Of a stretch of DNA of 64,000 bases, positions 39,377 to 48,965 are shown in pieces. The notes beneath the pieces are model-generated. The model saw only the letters and a list, made by a program, of their open reading frames with translations, was not told the origin of the DNA and did not search any database. Source of the stretch: Candidatus Babeliales bacterium (GTDB lineage Bacteria > Babelota > Babeliae > Babelales > JANWKD01); NCBI GenBank assembly GCA_963722255.1, contig CAVRJO010000001.1, positions 160,001 to 224,000 of the forward strand, read 5' to 3'. The position numbers were made by a program, and so were the translations under genes. The first letter of the stretch is position 1. Each line of letters begins with the position of its first letter.

Positions 39377-41107
39377 TTATTTCTCTAGATATTTGGTGTT
39401 ATTCTTCTGTTCTATGTACCCTTTGATCGATTCTGGCAATTCATCAAATAAGATCTGGGTATCTTTTGACTCATTAATACAATTTATATTAGCAAGACCA
39501 TTGTTTTCTTTTAAATTATGCGCACAAGCATGAAGCAATGCAATATGATGTGCTGAAAAATTATGTAAATTTTTTTCTAATTCTTCATCAAATAACACAT
39601 GCTCTATTACACCCTTGTAACATTGTGCTGCCAGAGTTTTACCATCGAGAGAAAAAGCAACAGGGTAGGCATAATCTTTAAAAGTTCTTATTCTATGTCC
39701 AGATTGTGTGTCAAATAAAGTAACATGTGATTCTTCATCACATGTTAAAGCTAATAATGTTCCATCGGGGGATTGGATTAATTGATAGATATATTGAGTA
39801 TATTGGAATCGATAATCATCTAAGGGAATTACCTTAGATGGCTCATTTTTTTCTATATCCCAAAAACAAAGTTCTGCCTTATTACATGTGTCGCTATTGT
39901 TTTTTTTTGATAGTGAAAAAAGTGTTTTTTTGTCATGAGATAAGCATAAACAAGAAATAGGTTTCTTAGATCTTTTAAAGGAGGAAAAGCATGGTTGATA
40001 ATTACCATCTTCAATCCTGTATTTATAAATGCCTTGCTTCATATGAGCAATATAGAATGTGAGAGTTTCATTATCAAAGGCAAAAGCATCGATCTTGGGG
40101 CCAAAATATAATTGTTGAGATGCTTGATCTGTTAATGTGTTGATGTCAAGATAATAACTATAGATCCAATGATCTTGTATAAAATTGAGAACATTTCTTT
40201 GATGGGAATAAGTGAGTGCTCGAGTTCCTAGTTTTACGCTCCTTGTGGCTAAAAAATTACCTTGTAGATCATAAAGTTGAATGTTATTTCTAAATAAACA
40301 AAATAATTTATTAGATTTTGAACAAATGCATGCTGTATATAGATTTTCAGTGCTTGGTGTTGCAAATGTTGTTAAAGTATGATTATGCCAAAATGTTATT
40401 CTTTTGTAATTGCCTGATCGAAATATTAAAGTATCCACTGGAATAAAATTAGGATGAGAAGCATGAGTTTTTTTCTTATGAACGATATATTCCTGATTTA
40501 GTCTGATAAGTAAATGATGTATTTCTTGTGAATTTTTCAGTATATGATTTCCTAAAACTATTGAAATGGTTGCATTGTCAATATCATCAAGTAATGTAAG
40601 TGCTGCAGAAAGTTGATTGTTTTGTGTGAGTTGTAGTGTTTTAGCGCTTAAATATCTTAAGCATGCATTAAAAATTGGGGTAACATTAAGAAAGTCACTT
40701 GCTTTTAAAAGAGCTACAGCATTTTTTTGATAATGTTGTGTTTTGAATAATTTTTGCAGTGTAGCAAGTTGTCTTTCTTCTGTTTTTTGTTGAGCTAATG
40801 ATTTTACTGCTGTTTCGATTGTTTTGAAATATTTTTTAATAACAATAGGATGATTAATTTCAACAATAGTATCTTGTGTCAAATTATATTGATCATATAA
40901 ATATTTTACGTATTCGAGTTGTCTAAGACTCCATTGTGATGAATAAATAATTTCTTCTTGATTATTTTTTAGATTTACCGTAATTGATAAAGCATCATCA
41001 TTATCTGGAACCAAAGCAGGCATTTTAGGTTTTTCCAGTGTATAGGAATAGTGGACTGATGAAAATAAGAAGAGTGCAGAAAAAAGATAGATTTTTGATT
41101 TGAACAT
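39377..41107 (-). CDS. secreted Skp1/BTB-like + WD40 beta-propeller protein
   Basis: Signal peptide; LLKASDFLNVTPIFNAC; SPDGTLLA and FSLDGKTLA blades. Confidence 0.75.
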   Translation of the reverse strand: MFKSKIYLFSALFLFSSVHYSYTLEKPKMPALVPDNDDALSITVNLKNNQEEIIYSSQWSLRQLEYVKYLYDQYNLTQDTIVEINHPIVIKKYFKTIETAVKSLAQQKTEERQLATLQKLFKTQHYQKNAVALLKASDFLNVTPIFNACLRYLSAKTLQLTQNNQLSAALTLLDDIDNATISIVLGNHILKNSQEIHHLLIRLNQEYIVHKKKTHASHPNFIPVDTLIFRSGNYKRITFWHNHTLTTFATPSTENLYTACICSKSNKLFCLFRNNIQLYDLQGNFLATRSVKLGTRALTYSHQRNVLNFIQDHWIYSYYLDINTLTDQASQQLYFGPKIDAFAFDNETLTFYIAHMKQGIYKYRIEDGNYQPCFSSFKRSKKPISCLCLSHDKKTLFSLSKKNNSDTCNKAELCFWDIEKNEPSKVIPLDDYRFQYTQYIYQLIQSPDGTLLALTCDEESHVTLFDTQSGHRIRTFKDYAYPVAFSLDGKTLAAQCYKGVIEHVLFDEELEKNLHNFSAHHIALLHACAHNLKENNGLANINCINESKDTQILFDELPESIKGYIEQKNNTKYLEK

Positions 41108-41166
41108 ATGAGTACTTTCATTACAAGATGTTTTTAAATTTCATATTTTCAGATTGTTGTGAACAG

Positions 41167-42864
41167 TCAATTTTTGCCATTATTTTCTATGTATCTTTTG
41201 ATTTCTTCAGGTAATTCATCAAATAATTGCTGACTTTTTTCTGATAATTCAATTGGTTGATTGTTGAGTGCTTTTTGGGCGCAATAATCAAGTACGGCAA
41301 TATGTTCAGCAGTAAATCTTCGTAATTTTTTATAGAGTTTTTCGTTATAAAGATTACTTAATACAACGCCGCTGAATCCTTTTGCTGCTAATGTTTTTCC
41401 ATCTGGTGCAAAATCAATATAATGCGAGTTGTTCGAAAAAACTTTTATACAATAGCCATCCTGTGTGTCAATCAATTGTATGGGGCTAGGATTTGCAAAA
41501 GATACTGCCAACATGGTGCCATCAGGCGATAATCTTAAATGCCTTATTGGAGGTGGCATTCCATAGTATTGAATTGCCGGGTTGCATGCTATTGTTTTAA
41601 AAGTGGTTCCTTTATCGATATTCCAAAAAGATATTTGTGCTTGTTCGTTGCCGGAAAATAATGTTTTTCTGTCTTTTGAAAGGCAAAGTGCCGTAGTCGA
41701 AAAGTTACTAGTAAATGTTTTTGATATGCGAGGTTTATCAATTTCTAATATATCAATGCTTACTGCACAGCCTAAAAATAGACAATTTTTTTTTGAATCG
41801 GCCGCTACTGCTCTTATGTTTTTAATATGAGTATATTCTTCCAAGATAGCAGTTAATTCATTTCCATTTGGAAGATTCCAGATTGAAATTTTATTTTCGC
41901 CAAATATACATAAGGCTTTTTTTTCAGGTATATGCAATAAATGAGAAATTACTCTTGTTATTTTAATAGTATTAACATGACAAAGAGATTTTTCATTACA
42001 ATCAAAGGTATAAAGTAAACTATAAGGGTATGGAACATAATGTATTTTGTTTTCATCGGAGAAAATTATTGAGAATATTGATCCAATAGAGTCTTCTATT
42101 TGATATGAATCTGTATCATTAAGTAAAAGTTCTACATGTCCTCTATTTTGAATACATGCTAATGATCCTCCGTTTGGAGAATAACATAATGATATTGTTT
42201 CGCCTCCAAGTTTAATTGTTTTAAATGTATCAGAAATACAGACAAGCAATTGCTTTAAATGGCGAGAATTATCTAAAAAATGATTGCCAATGGCCACTGA
42301 AAGCTCAGAAACTTTTATCTCTTCTAATAAAGTTATCGCTCGATCACTTTTGTCTTCTAATGATAATGATTTCGCACGTTGATAAAGTTGATTTGCGCAT
42401 GCATCAAGTAATGGTTGGCAGCTAAGAAAGTTTGCGCCATTCATAAGTTCAATAAGCGTTTGCTCAGATTGTTTTGTATTGTTAAAACATTTTTTAAGCT
42501 GTTTTTTTTGTTTTTTTACTTGTTTTTTTGGATCTTCTTGTTCCAAACTTGCAAGAAGCATTGCTAATTTTTCAATGGTTTTTAATTGTTTTTTTGAAAT
42601 TTGTGATTCTTGCAGACTCAGGGGGGCATCAGATTCAAATTCATGTTGATCATGTAAAGTGCCGACATAATGCAGTTGTGTGAGATTCCATTGTGATGAA
42701 TAAATAATTTCTTCTTGGTTATTTTTTAGATTTACCGTAATTGATAAAGCATCATCATTATCTTGAATCGAAGCAGGCATTTTAGGTTTATCCATTGTAT
42801 AGGAATAGTGGACTGATGAGAATACGAAGAGCGCAAAAGAAAGATAAATTCTGGATCTGATCAT
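41167..42864 (-). CDS. secreted Skp1/BTB-like + WD40 protein, tandem paralog
   Basis: LMNGANFLSCQPLLDAC; WD-like blades; N-terminus nearly identical to 39377-41107. Confidence 0.75.
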   Translation of the reverse strand: MIRSRIYLSFALFVFSSVHYSYTMDKPKMPASIQDNDDALSITVNLKNNQEEIIYSSQWNLTQLHYVGTLHDQHEFESDAPLSLQESQISKKQLKTIEKLAMLLASLEQEDPKKQVKKQKKQLKKCFNNTKQSEQTLIELMNGANFLSCQPLLDACANQLYQRAKSLSLEDKSDRAITLLEEIKVSELSVAIGNHFLDNSRHLKQLLVCISDTFKTIKLGGETISLCYSPNGGSLACIQNRGHVELLLNDTDSYQIEDSIGSIFSIIFSDENKIHYVPYPYSLLYTFDCNEKSLCHVNTIKITRVISHLLHIPEKKALCIFGENKISIWNLPNGNELTAILEEYTHIKNIRAVAADSKKNCLFLGCAVSIDILEIDKPRISKTFTSNFSTTALCLSKDRKTLFSGNEQAQISFWNIDKGTTFKTIACNPAIQYYGMPPPIRHLRLSPDGTMLAVSFANPSPIQLIDTQDGYCIKVFSNNSHYIDFAPDGKTLAAKGFSGVVLSNLYNEKLYKKLRRFTAEHIAVLDYCAQKALNNQPIELSEKSQQLFDELPEEIKRYIENNGKN

Positions 42865-43117
42865 ATGAATACTTTCATTACAATGATGTTTTTTAGTTGC
42901 TTTATGTTCTTAGTTTTTTGTTAAAAAGTCAATTGTATTTGTTGTAGTTTGCACTTGTTTAAAGCCACTTGTTACGCTGATAATAATATGAACTTAATTA
43001 CAAAAAAGATTCCGTCTTCATTATTTAAATATCTGAATCCCATTATTAGTAAAAAGAAAAAACAATAAAATGATACTAATAAGTATTAATATTAGCTTTA
43101 AAAACATAAACTAATCT

Positions 43118-44560
43118 TCAAAAACCCTTTGGATGCATAGTATGCCAAGGAGTAGCTTGCTCATAAGCATGTGCTACTTGGTATAACAATGCTTCACTCA
43201 AATGTGGTCCCATGAGTTGTAGCCCAAATGGCAAATGATCTTTTGAAAAACCACAAGGAATCGATATCGCAGGGATACCGGTAATATTACTTGGACAAGT
43301 GAAATAATCTTGAAGATCCATTTGTAACTTATTATCATCAAACGCGCCAAACTTAAAAGCTTGCGTCGGCGATGTCGGTGCAAGTAGAAGATCAACTTTT
43401 TTAAACATTTCATTAAACTCAGCACGCATAATTTTTTGTGCTTTTACAGCGTTGGCATAAAATTCGCCTGCGTGACCAACAGAAAGAACGTAATTACCAA
43501 TCATAATACGTTTTTTAACTTCAGTACCGAAACCTTCTTGACGTGATTTTTCATACATTGCAACCAATGTATCAGCATTTTTATCGCGTAATCCATAACG
43601 CACGCCATCAAAGCGTGCTAAATTGGAAGCTGCTTCAGCTCGACTTATGATGAAATATATCGCAGCACCATAATCCATACTTGGCAAGGATACACGCTCA
43701 ATGGTGGCACCCAATTTTTGCAAGGTTGCAATTGAATTTTCTATCGCTTGCACCATATCAGGATCAACGCCTTCAGCATGTAATGCATTATCAATAATAC
43801 CGATTTTTAATCCAGGCTCAAAGGTACGCTCTAAAGAACGAGTATAATCGTGCCCCAAGAGTGAAACTGTTGTTGAATCATTGCTATCATTACCTGCAAT
43901 AGTAGATAGAATAATGGCATTATCCTTTACAGTGCGTGTTGCAATACCAATCTGATCTAAAGATGAGGCGTAGGCAATTAATCCATAACGAGAAATCAAA
44001 CCATAGGTTGTCTTAAGCCCGACAATTCCGCATAATGCTGCAGGTTGACGAACAGAGCCACCAGTTTCTGAACCAAGAGACCAAGGAACTAAGCCGGCTG
44101 CAACAGCTGCTATCGAACCTCCGCTTGACCCTCCAGGAACACATTCTTTATTCCAAGGATTTTTTGTTTTTTTAAATGCAGATGTTTCAGTCGAACTACC
44201 CATGGCAAATTCATCCATATTAGCTCTACCAAGGAGTGGAGCACCTACATTTTTTAAACGTTTTATAGCTGTTGCATCATACGTCGCTTCATAATGCTGT
44301 AACATTTTTGATGCACAGGAGGTTATTCGTCCTTTTTGACAAATATTATCTTTAATAAGACCTGGAATTCCCTGTAATACTCCCTGATCTTTAGCTGCTT
44401 GCACTATAGAATCTTTATCAAATATCTCCAACGCCGATCCAAGATCTTTATCATGCTCTTCAAATCGTTTAATACAATATTCAACCAATTCTTGAGGAGT
44501 TATCTCTTTTTTATATATAAGATTTTGTAGTTCAGTTATAGTAGCAAAAGCTAATTTCAT
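43118..44560 (-). CDS. gatA: Asp/Glu-tRNA amidotransferase subunit A
   Basis: IKDNI, MDEFAMGSS, PGGSSGGS, ASSNLARFDGVRYG-like, EVKKRIMIG. Confidence 0.97.
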   Translation of the reverse strand: MKLAFATITELQNLIYKKEITPQELVEYCIKRFEEHDKDLGSALEIFDKDSIVQAAKDQGVLQGIPGLIKDNICQKGRITSCASKMLQHYEATYDATAIKRLKNVGAPLLGRANMDEFAMGSSTETSAFKKTKNPWNKECVPGGSSGGSIAAVAAGLVPWSLGSETGGSVRQPAALCGIVGLKTTYGLISRYGLIAYASSLDQIGIATRTVKDNAIILSTIAGNDSNDSTTVSLLGHDYTRSLERTFEPGLKIGIIDNALHAEGVDPDMVQAIENSIATLQKLGATIERVSLPSMDYGAAIYFIISRAEAASNLARFDGVRYGLRDKNADTLVAMYEKSRQEGFGTEVKKRIMIGNYVLSVGHAGEFYANAVKAQKIMRAEFNEMFKKVDLLLAPTSPTQAFKFGAFDDNKLQMDLQDYFTCPSNITGIPAISIPCGFSKDHLPFGLQLMGPHLSEALLYQVAHAYEQATPWHTMHPKGF

Positions 44561-44572
44561 GTGTCTTATTTC

Positions 44573-44866
44573 CTAGGTAGTTTCCAAAATCATGGGTACA
44601 ACAAAATAATTTTGTTCCCTTTCAGGGGCTTGCTTTAATACTAATTCAGGATCAGTTTTTACAACAATATCGTCACGGAAAACATTACGATTTTTTTCAG
44701 AAGGTAGGACCTCGATTGCGCGCATCTGTACAATATCTTTAACACGTAATGCATAGGTTAATACATCATTAATCTGGGGGATCAATGAAAGCACCTCATC
44801 TTCAGAAAGTTGTAACCGGGATAAATGAGCTAAAGATATAAGCTCGTGTTTACTAATTTTTTGCAT
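44573..44866 (-). CDS. gatC: amidotransferase subunit C
   Basis: LAHLSRL...NVFRDD...APE...YFVVP; directly upstream of gatA. Confidence 0.92.
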   Translation of the reverse strand: MQKISKHELISLAHLSRLQLSEDEVLSLIPQINDVLTYALRVKDIVQMRAIEVLPSEKNRNVFRDDIVVKTDPELVLKQAPEREQNYFVVPMILETT

Positions 44867-44880
44867 ATTGGGCTCTTTTT

Positions 44881-46269
44881 TTAAATAGACTTATGTTGCC
44901 AACGCTCACCACGAAATCTATAAATATATAGTATACTCATTAAACCACTACCAAGATAAAAGGTACTATATACTAACAAAAATTTAAGAGAAGAACTTTC
45001 AAGTGGTAGCTTTGAAAAAATCCAGGAAACAGGCGCAAAAAACAAAAAGCAAATTGCTAAGCGAACCCACATTACCATTTTAACATTTGCTGCTCCGCGC
45101 ATTGCTCCGGACAAAATTAATTGTAACAGATCACAAAAGACAAGTACACTTAAAACAGGGAAAATTTTTGATGCAAATGCGGTAAATTTATCTTTATGAT
45201 CAAAAAGTTTAATAAAAAATTCCGGCCACAATGAAAAAACAAATAAAATTAGAAAAACAAAAAAAGAAGAAAGGAAAATAGTCTTTTTTATGGTGCTTTT
45301 TATACCTTCCCAATCCCCTAAGCCATACGCGTTACTCACTAAGAAAGTAATTACTTGTGCAAATGCTGCCGCAGGCAAAATTGCAATGCGTTCAAGATCT
45401 TTAATGACCGTAAAACTAGCAATAGCATATACACCCATAGGATTGATAACATATCCCAACCAAAGTGGTACTGCTGCTAAGGTCCCTTTATCAAGCATCA
45501 CGGGCCAACTCAACGTAAAGAGTTCTTTTATGCGAGCAAGACTTATGCGTTCAGCAAATAAATGAAATCCATATTTGCGATTTTCTTTATCAAAAATCAA
45601 ATAACTCAATGATGTTACTAACATCACCCCATATTGAATAACTGAAGCAAGAGCAGATCCCTGCAGCCCCATTTTGGGAAAACCAAAATGACCAAAAATT
45701 AACCCATAATCAAAGAAAAGAAAAATCAAAGCGCCAAACGTAAAAATCTGCATGGGAATTTTAGGCTTTTTTATTCCTCTTAAAAATCCAATAACAGCAA
45801 AATAGATAAACATAAAGAAGATGCTCAATGCGCGTAATCGTAAAAAAGGTACCCCGATCGCGATCATTTTTTCAGGAACACCATAGATAGTATATATCCA
45901 AGAAGCACCAAAAAAAAGAGTTAATGCAATAAGACCACCCGTTATAACTGTTGCCCAAAAGGCATTAACCATGGTTTTGCCAACTTCTTTAATATCCTGA
46001 AGCCCATTATAATGACCACTCATAATCGTTGTCCCTACAGAAAAACCTTCAGCAACCTTAATAATAAAATTCATCATAATATTGGTAGTTCCAGCCGTAG
46101 CATAAATTGCAGTAGACTTAAGATCTGCGACCCACCAAGCATCTATAATATAGAGAGCTAATACCAAAGCTGTAATAAATTCCGGAACAAAATAACGGAC
46201 GATGGTAAGATAACTCTCGCCTTGTGATTGATCGCGAATGCCGGTAAAATAGCTTGTTAAAATTTTCAT
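44881..46269 (-). CDS. MATE family efflux transporter
   Basis: About 12 TM helices in two repeats; GFLRG, FGFPKMGLQGSALAS. Confidence 0.88.
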   Translation of the reverse strand: MKILTSYFTGIRDQSQGESYLTIVRYFVPEFITALVLALYIIDAWWVADLKSTAIYATAGTTNIMMNFIIKVAEGFSVGTTIMSGHYNGLQDIKEVGKTMVNAFWATVITGGLIALTLFFGASWIYTIYGVPEKMIAIGVPFLRLRALSIFFMFIYFAVIGFLRGIKKPKIPMQIFTFGALIFLFFDYGLIFGHFGFPKMGLQGSALASVIQYGVMLVTSLSYLIFDKENRKYGFHLFAERISLARIKELFTLSWPVMLDKGTLAAVPLWLGYVINPMGVYAIASFTVIKDLERIAILPAAAFAQVITFLVSNAYGLGDWEGIKSTIKKTIFLSSFFVFLILFVFSLWPEFFIKLFDHKDKFTAFASKIFPVLSVLVFCDLLQLILSGAMRGAANVKMVMWVRLAICFLFFAPVSWIFSKLPLESSSLKFLLVYSTFYLGSGLMSILYIYRFRGERWQHKSI

Positions 46270-46459
46270 TATTTCCTAGCTCCTTTTTAAGATCATCTGC
46301 ATACAGATCGTTTTGTACATTAATGTACCCTCTTTACCTGGAGAACTATCATTTCAATTTTTAATCAAATTCATCACTACACGTTTCGTTTGATTGTAGT
46401 TAAAATAGCATAGGTTTGCAAATGGTTCCTAAAAAGTTACCATTTCAATACAATGAAAA

Positions 46460-46482
46460 TAGGCAGGAATAAATTCCTGCCT
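46460..46482 (-). terminator. intrinsic terminator
   Basis: aggcaggaat-aa-attcctgcct hairpin. Confidence 0.6.
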
Positions 46483-46504
46483 CAAAATCTTATCGCTCAA
46501 AAAA

Positions 46505-47347
46505 CTAGCTATTTTCAACAACTGTAAGCACATTATCTTCCACGTGCTTTGCATGAAATGCGCACATCTCTTTTCTATTTTCTAATTCTTGAGCTATTTT
46601 TTCCAAATCATCCGCACAGAGATATCCATTATTCTTAAGCGGACTATTCTCTTGTTCAAAAATAATTCTTCTTTGCTCAGCTGATTCATGAACACATTGC
46701 GAACAATGCGTTGCATAATGACCCTCAATATCTGCACGGCGCTCAAAATAATGATGATAGCATGAACTAGCATAACCACCTCCACACATCCCAAAAACAA
46801 TAACGGCAAGCGCATGTAAAATTTTATATTTTCCTGCAGGCTTAATTGCTTTTATACATGCATGTGTCCCTAGAGATAATCCTGCCATCATTGCTAATTC
46901 TAATAAAGTATCAGACGACATATCATTATTTTTTTTATGGATCGCTTCATGGAATAAAGCAGAACGACGCGCTCCATAAGAACGCTGATTTAACTTTTCT
47001 TCATTAACATAGATCGCATCGGCCTCTGCAACCGCTCCAACAAAGGGAGCCAAAGGATGCGTTGAAGGAATTTTTTTTATAGGAACATGGTACTCTTCTG
47101 GAATACCGGCAGCAATTTGAGCTTCTTTTCCCAATTCTTGATATTCAGGGGATGCTAATTCATTACCATATGGTAACAATTTAGGCAATTTTGCCATCTG
47201 ATTTTCAAAGAAATGCATAACTCTTGATTGATTTACAAAACAAAGAGCTTTATCAATGAGATTCTTTTCATTCAATAGTGACTGCGCAAGCGAAATCTGA
47301 ATTGGTAAAAAAGCCACAATAAGGATGAGTTTTTTTTGTACGTTCAT
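46505..47347 (-). CDS. secreted or membrane zinc metallopeptidase-like protein (M48-like)
   Basis: LFHEAIH, two TM helices, then ERRAD. Confidence 0.65.
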   Translation of the reverse strand: MNVQKKLILIVAFLPIQISLAQSLLNEKNLIDKALCFVNQSRVMHFFENQMAKLPKLLPYGNELASPEYQELGKEAQIAAGIPEEYHVPIKKIPSTHPLAPFVGAVAEADAIYVNEEKLNQRSYGARRSALFHEAIHKKNNDMSSDTLLELAMMAGLSLGTHACIKAIKPAGKYKILHALAVIVFGMCGGGYASSCYHHYFERRADIEGHYATHCSQCVHESAEQRRIIFEQENSPLKNNGYLCADDLEKIAQELENRKEMCAFHAKHVEDNVLTVVENS

Positions 47348-47487
47348 AGAAAATTCCTTTTACTATGTTGTTAAATTTTTATAGTACTCTAAAGGAAAGT
47401 GTAACATTTTTAGGTAGTTGCGGCAATCAACAATTATTATTTTTTATTTTATTTCAGGTATAAATTTTTTAAAAAATAGTATAGCCA

Positions 47488-48234
47488 TTAGTGTACTTGC
47501 TCTTCTTTTTCAAGAATTTCGTGTCGAACCAAATCTTCTTCAAGCTTATGAGCACCGGTAAAATGAACTCCTTCAATACCAACATCGGCTATCTGAGATC
47601 CTTCGATATTTTCTTGAAGATCATCGGTAAAGGCAGCTTTCATTGTAGTAATGCATTCATCATCATTCTTACACAACTTTTTTTCCATTCTCCTACGTAA
47701 ATTTTTATAATAAATGGGATCTGGCTTTCTACCATTTTTCTCACCGGCAATATGATAAAAATCAAAGAGTTCAAAAAGCTCTGGCTTTAACCTTGATTTA
47801 TTTATTTTAAAACTATCCTCATGCATATTAGAGGCTAAAACTAACTTTACACCTTGCTGTTTTAATCGTTTCAAAATAGCAATTGTTTCTTCATTCGGTT
47901 GCTCTAAAACATTCATGCATTCATATATTTCATCTTCATATTTCTCTAAATAAGGAACATCTCTAAAAATTGATTCAAGAGTTAGCTCCTGGCCATACAC
48001 ATATTTCTTTCCGATTTTTACCCCAGGCATAACCATATTTGGTAAATCAGTAAAATTACGACCAGCTATTTTAGTGCTGCACCAAGCTAATTTACGCCAC
48101 TGTGGATCAACTATAACGCCATGATAATCGATTGCTAAAACCTTCACCGGCTTTTTTATCTCTTCATCATTGGCAAACAAAACAGAACCTAAAAGGACAC
48201 TACTTAATAAAAAAACATACTTTCTATAGCTCAT
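47488..48234 (-). CDS. secreted HAD-like hydrolase
   Basis: Signal peptide; IDYHGV, LASN, KPDP, FTDD. Confidence 0.8.
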   Translation of the reverse strand: MSYRKYVFLLSSVLLGSVLFANDEEIKKPVKVLAIDYHGVIVDPQWRKLAWCSTKIAGRNFTDLPNMVMPGVKIGKKYVYGQELTLESIFRDVPYLEKYEDEIYECMNVLEQPNEETIAILKRLKQQGVKLVLASNMHEDSFKINKSRLKPELFELFDFYHIAGEKNGRKPDPIYYKNLRRRMEKKLCKNDDECITTMKAAFTDDLQENIEGSQIADVGIEGVHFTGAHKLEEDLVRHEILEKEEQVH

Positions 48235-48961
48235 CGGCTTCTTTCATACTAAAACATACTCTATTACATTCTTTTTCTAACTCTTCAGGTACTATTCCTC
48301 TAATATTAAGATTGGCAGCGTTAGCTGCTTGAACATTTTCTATTCTGTCATCGATAAACAAAATCTCCATATCATTGCTTACACCTGCATATTCATTAAC
48401 TTTTTCCCGCAATTGGACAAAGTAGTTGTTCTTATTTTTAGCAATAAAAACTGCATCATAACTTAATTGATCATCAACCTTAGACCCATTTTCCTCGGAA
48501 GCTAAAAAATGAAAATCAAAGAATTCCAAAAGCTCAGGGCGCTTTTTCATATTATGTTCAAATGTATCAGGCGCCATATTTGAGGCTAAAACAATAAGAT
48601 AGCCGCACTCTTTTAGCTGCTTTAAGAGCTCAATTATTGGCTCAACCGGTTCTTGTAATGTAATAAAATTGTAAATATCTTCTCTATATTTTTCCAGTTC
48701 AGGAAACTCTTGCAGAACTTTAGCAACCGTAATCTTTTCATGCTTGTAGCGTTTATAGATCAGCTTTATTGCTATTCTGACAATCATTGGTAATTCATAA
48801 AAATGTTTTACAATAAAGAGCGCAACATCCTGTTGCCTTTTCCATTTTTTACTTTTTACAATAACACCATGACAATCAGCTGCAATAATTCCACGGATTT
48901 GAGTATATAAAGAAGAAAAACTGAAAGAAAAAAATAGACCCAATAAAACTATTTTTTTCAT
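48224..48961 (-). CDS. secreted HAD-like hydrolase, paralog
   Basis: Signal peptide; ADCHGV, LASN, FIDD; start revised to 48961 (AGGAG SD). Confidence 0.8.
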   Translation of the reverse strand: MKKIVLLGLFFSFSFSSLYTQIRGIIAADCHGVIVKSKKWKRQQDVALFIVKHFYELPMIVRIAIKLIYKRYKHEKITVAKVLQEFPELEKYREDIYNFITLQEPVEPIIELLKQLKECGYLIVLASNMAPDTFEHNMKKRPELLEFFDFHFLASEENGSKVDDQLSYDAVFIAKNKNNYFVQLREKVNEYAGVSNDMEILFIDDRIENVQAANAANLNIRGIVPEELEKECNRVCFSMKEADEL

Positions 48962-48965
48962 ATAC

